Below, one piece after another: positions 61,031 through 64,000 of a stretch of 64,000 nucleotides of DNA (position 1 is the stretch's first letter; the number at the start of each line of letters is the position of its first letter). The notes under the pieces were generated by a model. The model was not told the origin of the DNA, ran no database searches, and was given only the letters and a program-made list of their open reading frames with translations. The translations under genes were made by a program, and so were the position numbers. Origin of the DNA: Rhizophagus irregularis (taxonomy: Eukaryota); assembly GCF_026210795.1 (NCBI RefSeq), contig NC_089431.1, positions 2,852,001-2,916,000 on the forward strand. The letters run 5' to 3'.

Positions 61031-64000
61031 AAAAAAACAAATAAAAAGTTTTTTGTAGAAAGTGAAGAGTATCTGTGGTCAAATATTAGTAACTTACCTT
61101 CCATCCTATAAGTAAAAATAGTTTATCACTCAAATTCCCCTGATCAAGTACAAGTTCATAACATAATATTCCAGTTGTTCCACATGTAAATTTACTCCTA
61201 AACGCCCTGATATTTGATAAAATTTAGTGCCAATACTTTACTTAGTAATTTTATGAAATTTTCTATTTACCCAACACCCCATTTACCAGGATCGATGCTT
61301 AATGTAGGAGCATTAAAACAATCGGTTTCTGACCAATATTCCATATTTTTTAAATGATAATGCATATGAGAATTATTCACCGAAATTGTTAAACCTCTCT
61401 TTAATTGGCTACTAATGGTGCTGACTGTCTGAAGAAGCGATGCTGCTGAATCGATTGACATGGTTTTTTCAGGGAAGAAAATATTCTTTTTTGGATGCAC
61501 ACTATTTATAACTGCTAAAGCTGTAACACAAAGTATTTGTGTAATGTTACACGTTTTACACTTGGAAAATAGATTTTTCGATTGCATTTAACTACCGGCA
61601 AAAATAGTTACAACTGTATATACCCATTTTTTACCGCAACTTACGAAGTAAATATTCGAACCGGTAATATGAGTATCATTGCTATGTGCAGAAAAGTGAT
61701 CTTTTTAAAAACAATGGCGAAATGTCATACATAAAATAATGATTTATACGAAAATATAATAATAGTTATACGCATCCTCCCACTTCGATCCGCTTGGATG
61801 TCCAATCTCAGATTCCTCTTCAGTCGGTTCTTCCGTCAATCAAATGATTATGGCAATTCGTTCTGTAAAATACAAAAGATTAAGAAATAACTGAGCACTT
61901 CAAATTTCAGACTCTTTAACATTACTTTATTATCTTTTATCAAGGCATCAATTTTTGCCGTGTCCAACTTTCTGTATACGCACATGATTGATAAATATAA
62001 ATTGATTATTAAATTAATAATAAATACTATGGTAATTTCTAGAATCAGGCTTTCTATTATAAATTTTTTTGGTATAATGCTAACTCAAATAAATATATAT
62101 AGTATTGCATTATATATATACTATAACGGATTTTTTATAAATTTTTTTTTTTAAAAAAAAATATTTTATATATATATGTAATATCAGATTATTAACAAAT
62201 TTTCTTATAACAAACCTTTTATAAAGTAAGTTATCATTATTACAGATTGAATACTAATTAAATAATTTTTATCAAAATAACAAATTACCTTGTTATTTTT
62301 TAAGTAAGATTTCTAGTCAAAAAAAAAGCAGAATGTTCAAAAACTTTAAAATTCTAATTAGGTCATAGTAAAAATTTTTTAAAAGTTATATTATATCCTA
62401 TACTTAAAATATAATATTCTGGAAAAAAATTTAAATAAAAAAAAAAATAATTATAGAAATATATTAAGAAATATTCTAAGAAATATTTAATAAAAGATGA
62501 ATTTATTTTTGGCTGAAATTCAGACGTTGTTAAGATCACTGGCCAACTGACAGGAAGACTAGGCCAAATATGGAGTATTGGGATTATGGAATGCTCGCTA
62601 TCATTCACATATATATTAACCCTTTTTTTTACCTGGTTTTTTTTGTTTAAAATCCTCTTTTTTTCTTGCTGTTTCATAATGGGTTTCGCTAGAATTTCCT
62701 TATAGGTGAAGACTAAGAGGAGGGATCTCCTCTAAGAACGAGTATGTGCTCAACGCAGAAAGTGCTCTCATAGCCTAAATTTTGCCTAACAGTATACACG
62801 TGGGGTCCTTTTCAGGATAATGATTCTTATTTGTATAATGTATTATGATTTATAAACGCTTTTATTCTAATAAAGGATTTAAATATGCTGCAGCTAAAAA
62901 AAAAAAAAAAAGATGAATTTATCTGTCAATATCTTTCTAATAAAGAAAATACATATAGATAAACTTGTAATAAGTAAAAAAGCTGTAAAATCTATTAGAA
63001 AAGATCAATAAATTAAATCGTTACAAATAGCATAGGTTGTAAGAAACTAATTATTTTAATTTATAGCATATATAATTTATATGTAGATAAGTATTACTTA
63101 AAATCATATTATTATAGAAAAAAGCTAAATGTCTTAAAAAAATCTGTTGAAAAATTTGCCTTAAAAAAATCTGTCTTAGAAAAAATTAATTGAAAAAATA
63201 AGAGCAAAATACTAGCAAAATAGCAAATTAATTCTTTTAAATTGCTAAAACATTTTTTCAAATAATTTGTCTTAAATGTTTTGAAAAAATCAAACTTTTT
63301 TACTTTTTTACTTTTTTTTTAATAAGTATATCATATATTATATAAGACAAATCATAATTTTTTTTAGAACTTTATTTTAAAATACCTAAAATATAAATAC
63401 TTTTTCTTAATGAACTCTACCTTAAAAAATGATCCAATAAAATTTCTGCTTTAAGATGCTTAAAAATTATTATACTCACTTATTATTTTAAACTATAAAT
63501 GGATTTTAGAAATATTTACAATATTTTAAAAATATATTTTATAAATATTACAAATAAATATAATTATTATTTATTAAAAATGGAATATAATGGGCTAATG
63601 GCATATTTATTAGTTAAATTAGACTATTATAATAATAATCTTTTTTAATATAATTATATTAAAGAAATTCAAGCAACTTTTATATATATAAATCCATTAT
63701 TTATAAATAAAATTTATAAAATGCAAAATTACAAATAACTTCTAATTTAATAATTAAATTTTAATAAAATTTAAAAAATTTAACAATTATTAGATTTATC
63801 TCAATAAGATAAATTGAATAGTGCTTTTTACAATATAGAATTCTAAATATTTTTAAAACAAGTTATAAGTTACACTTTTAGTAAAATTAGTAAAATAGCC
63901 TATTTTTTAAAAAGTTAAAAATTAGTATTATGCAATTTTTTTGGATTTTGTAGTTCTTATTAAACTTTACAATTAAAAAAAGTTTATCAAAATTGGATTA

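Overview
This is very AT-rich, intron-containing eukaryotic DNA. Its gene families (SAM + Crinkler-type nuclease, CRN ubiquitin-like domain) and transposon load suggest an arbuscular mycorrhizal fungus of the Glomeromycotina (Rhizophagus-like); this assignment is an inference. The main feature is a gene-dense, visibly GC-richer island at about 7032-26207 that looks like an integrated, decaying virus- or plasmid-like replicon. It encodes an AEP/PrimPol primase fused to a D5-like SF3 helicase, followed by a tyrosine-recombinase-fold gene with protelomerase-like motifs. The catalytic His and Tyr of that gene only appear after a 617-bp solo LTR is removed. The island also carries giant-virus-style small ORFs and ubiquitin/effector cargo (F-box, RING, CRN-Ubl, SAM-REase). 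It ends in 18-bp direct repeats next to a 48-bp loopless palindrome that resembles a telomere-resolution site. Left of the island is the end of a CMC/EnSpm-like element with Tnp2 remnants, which truncates the island. The right 38 kb is mostly decayed DNA transposons: a CACTG element filled with a 60-bp satellite and nested in a hAT MITE, a P-like element with a 7-bp TSD, a Sola3-like transposase, and MULE/hAT MITEs. One probable host gene (septin-like, with a transmembrane segment) lies at 42.4-44.2 kb. Many frameshifts fall in homopolymers and could be assembly errors.
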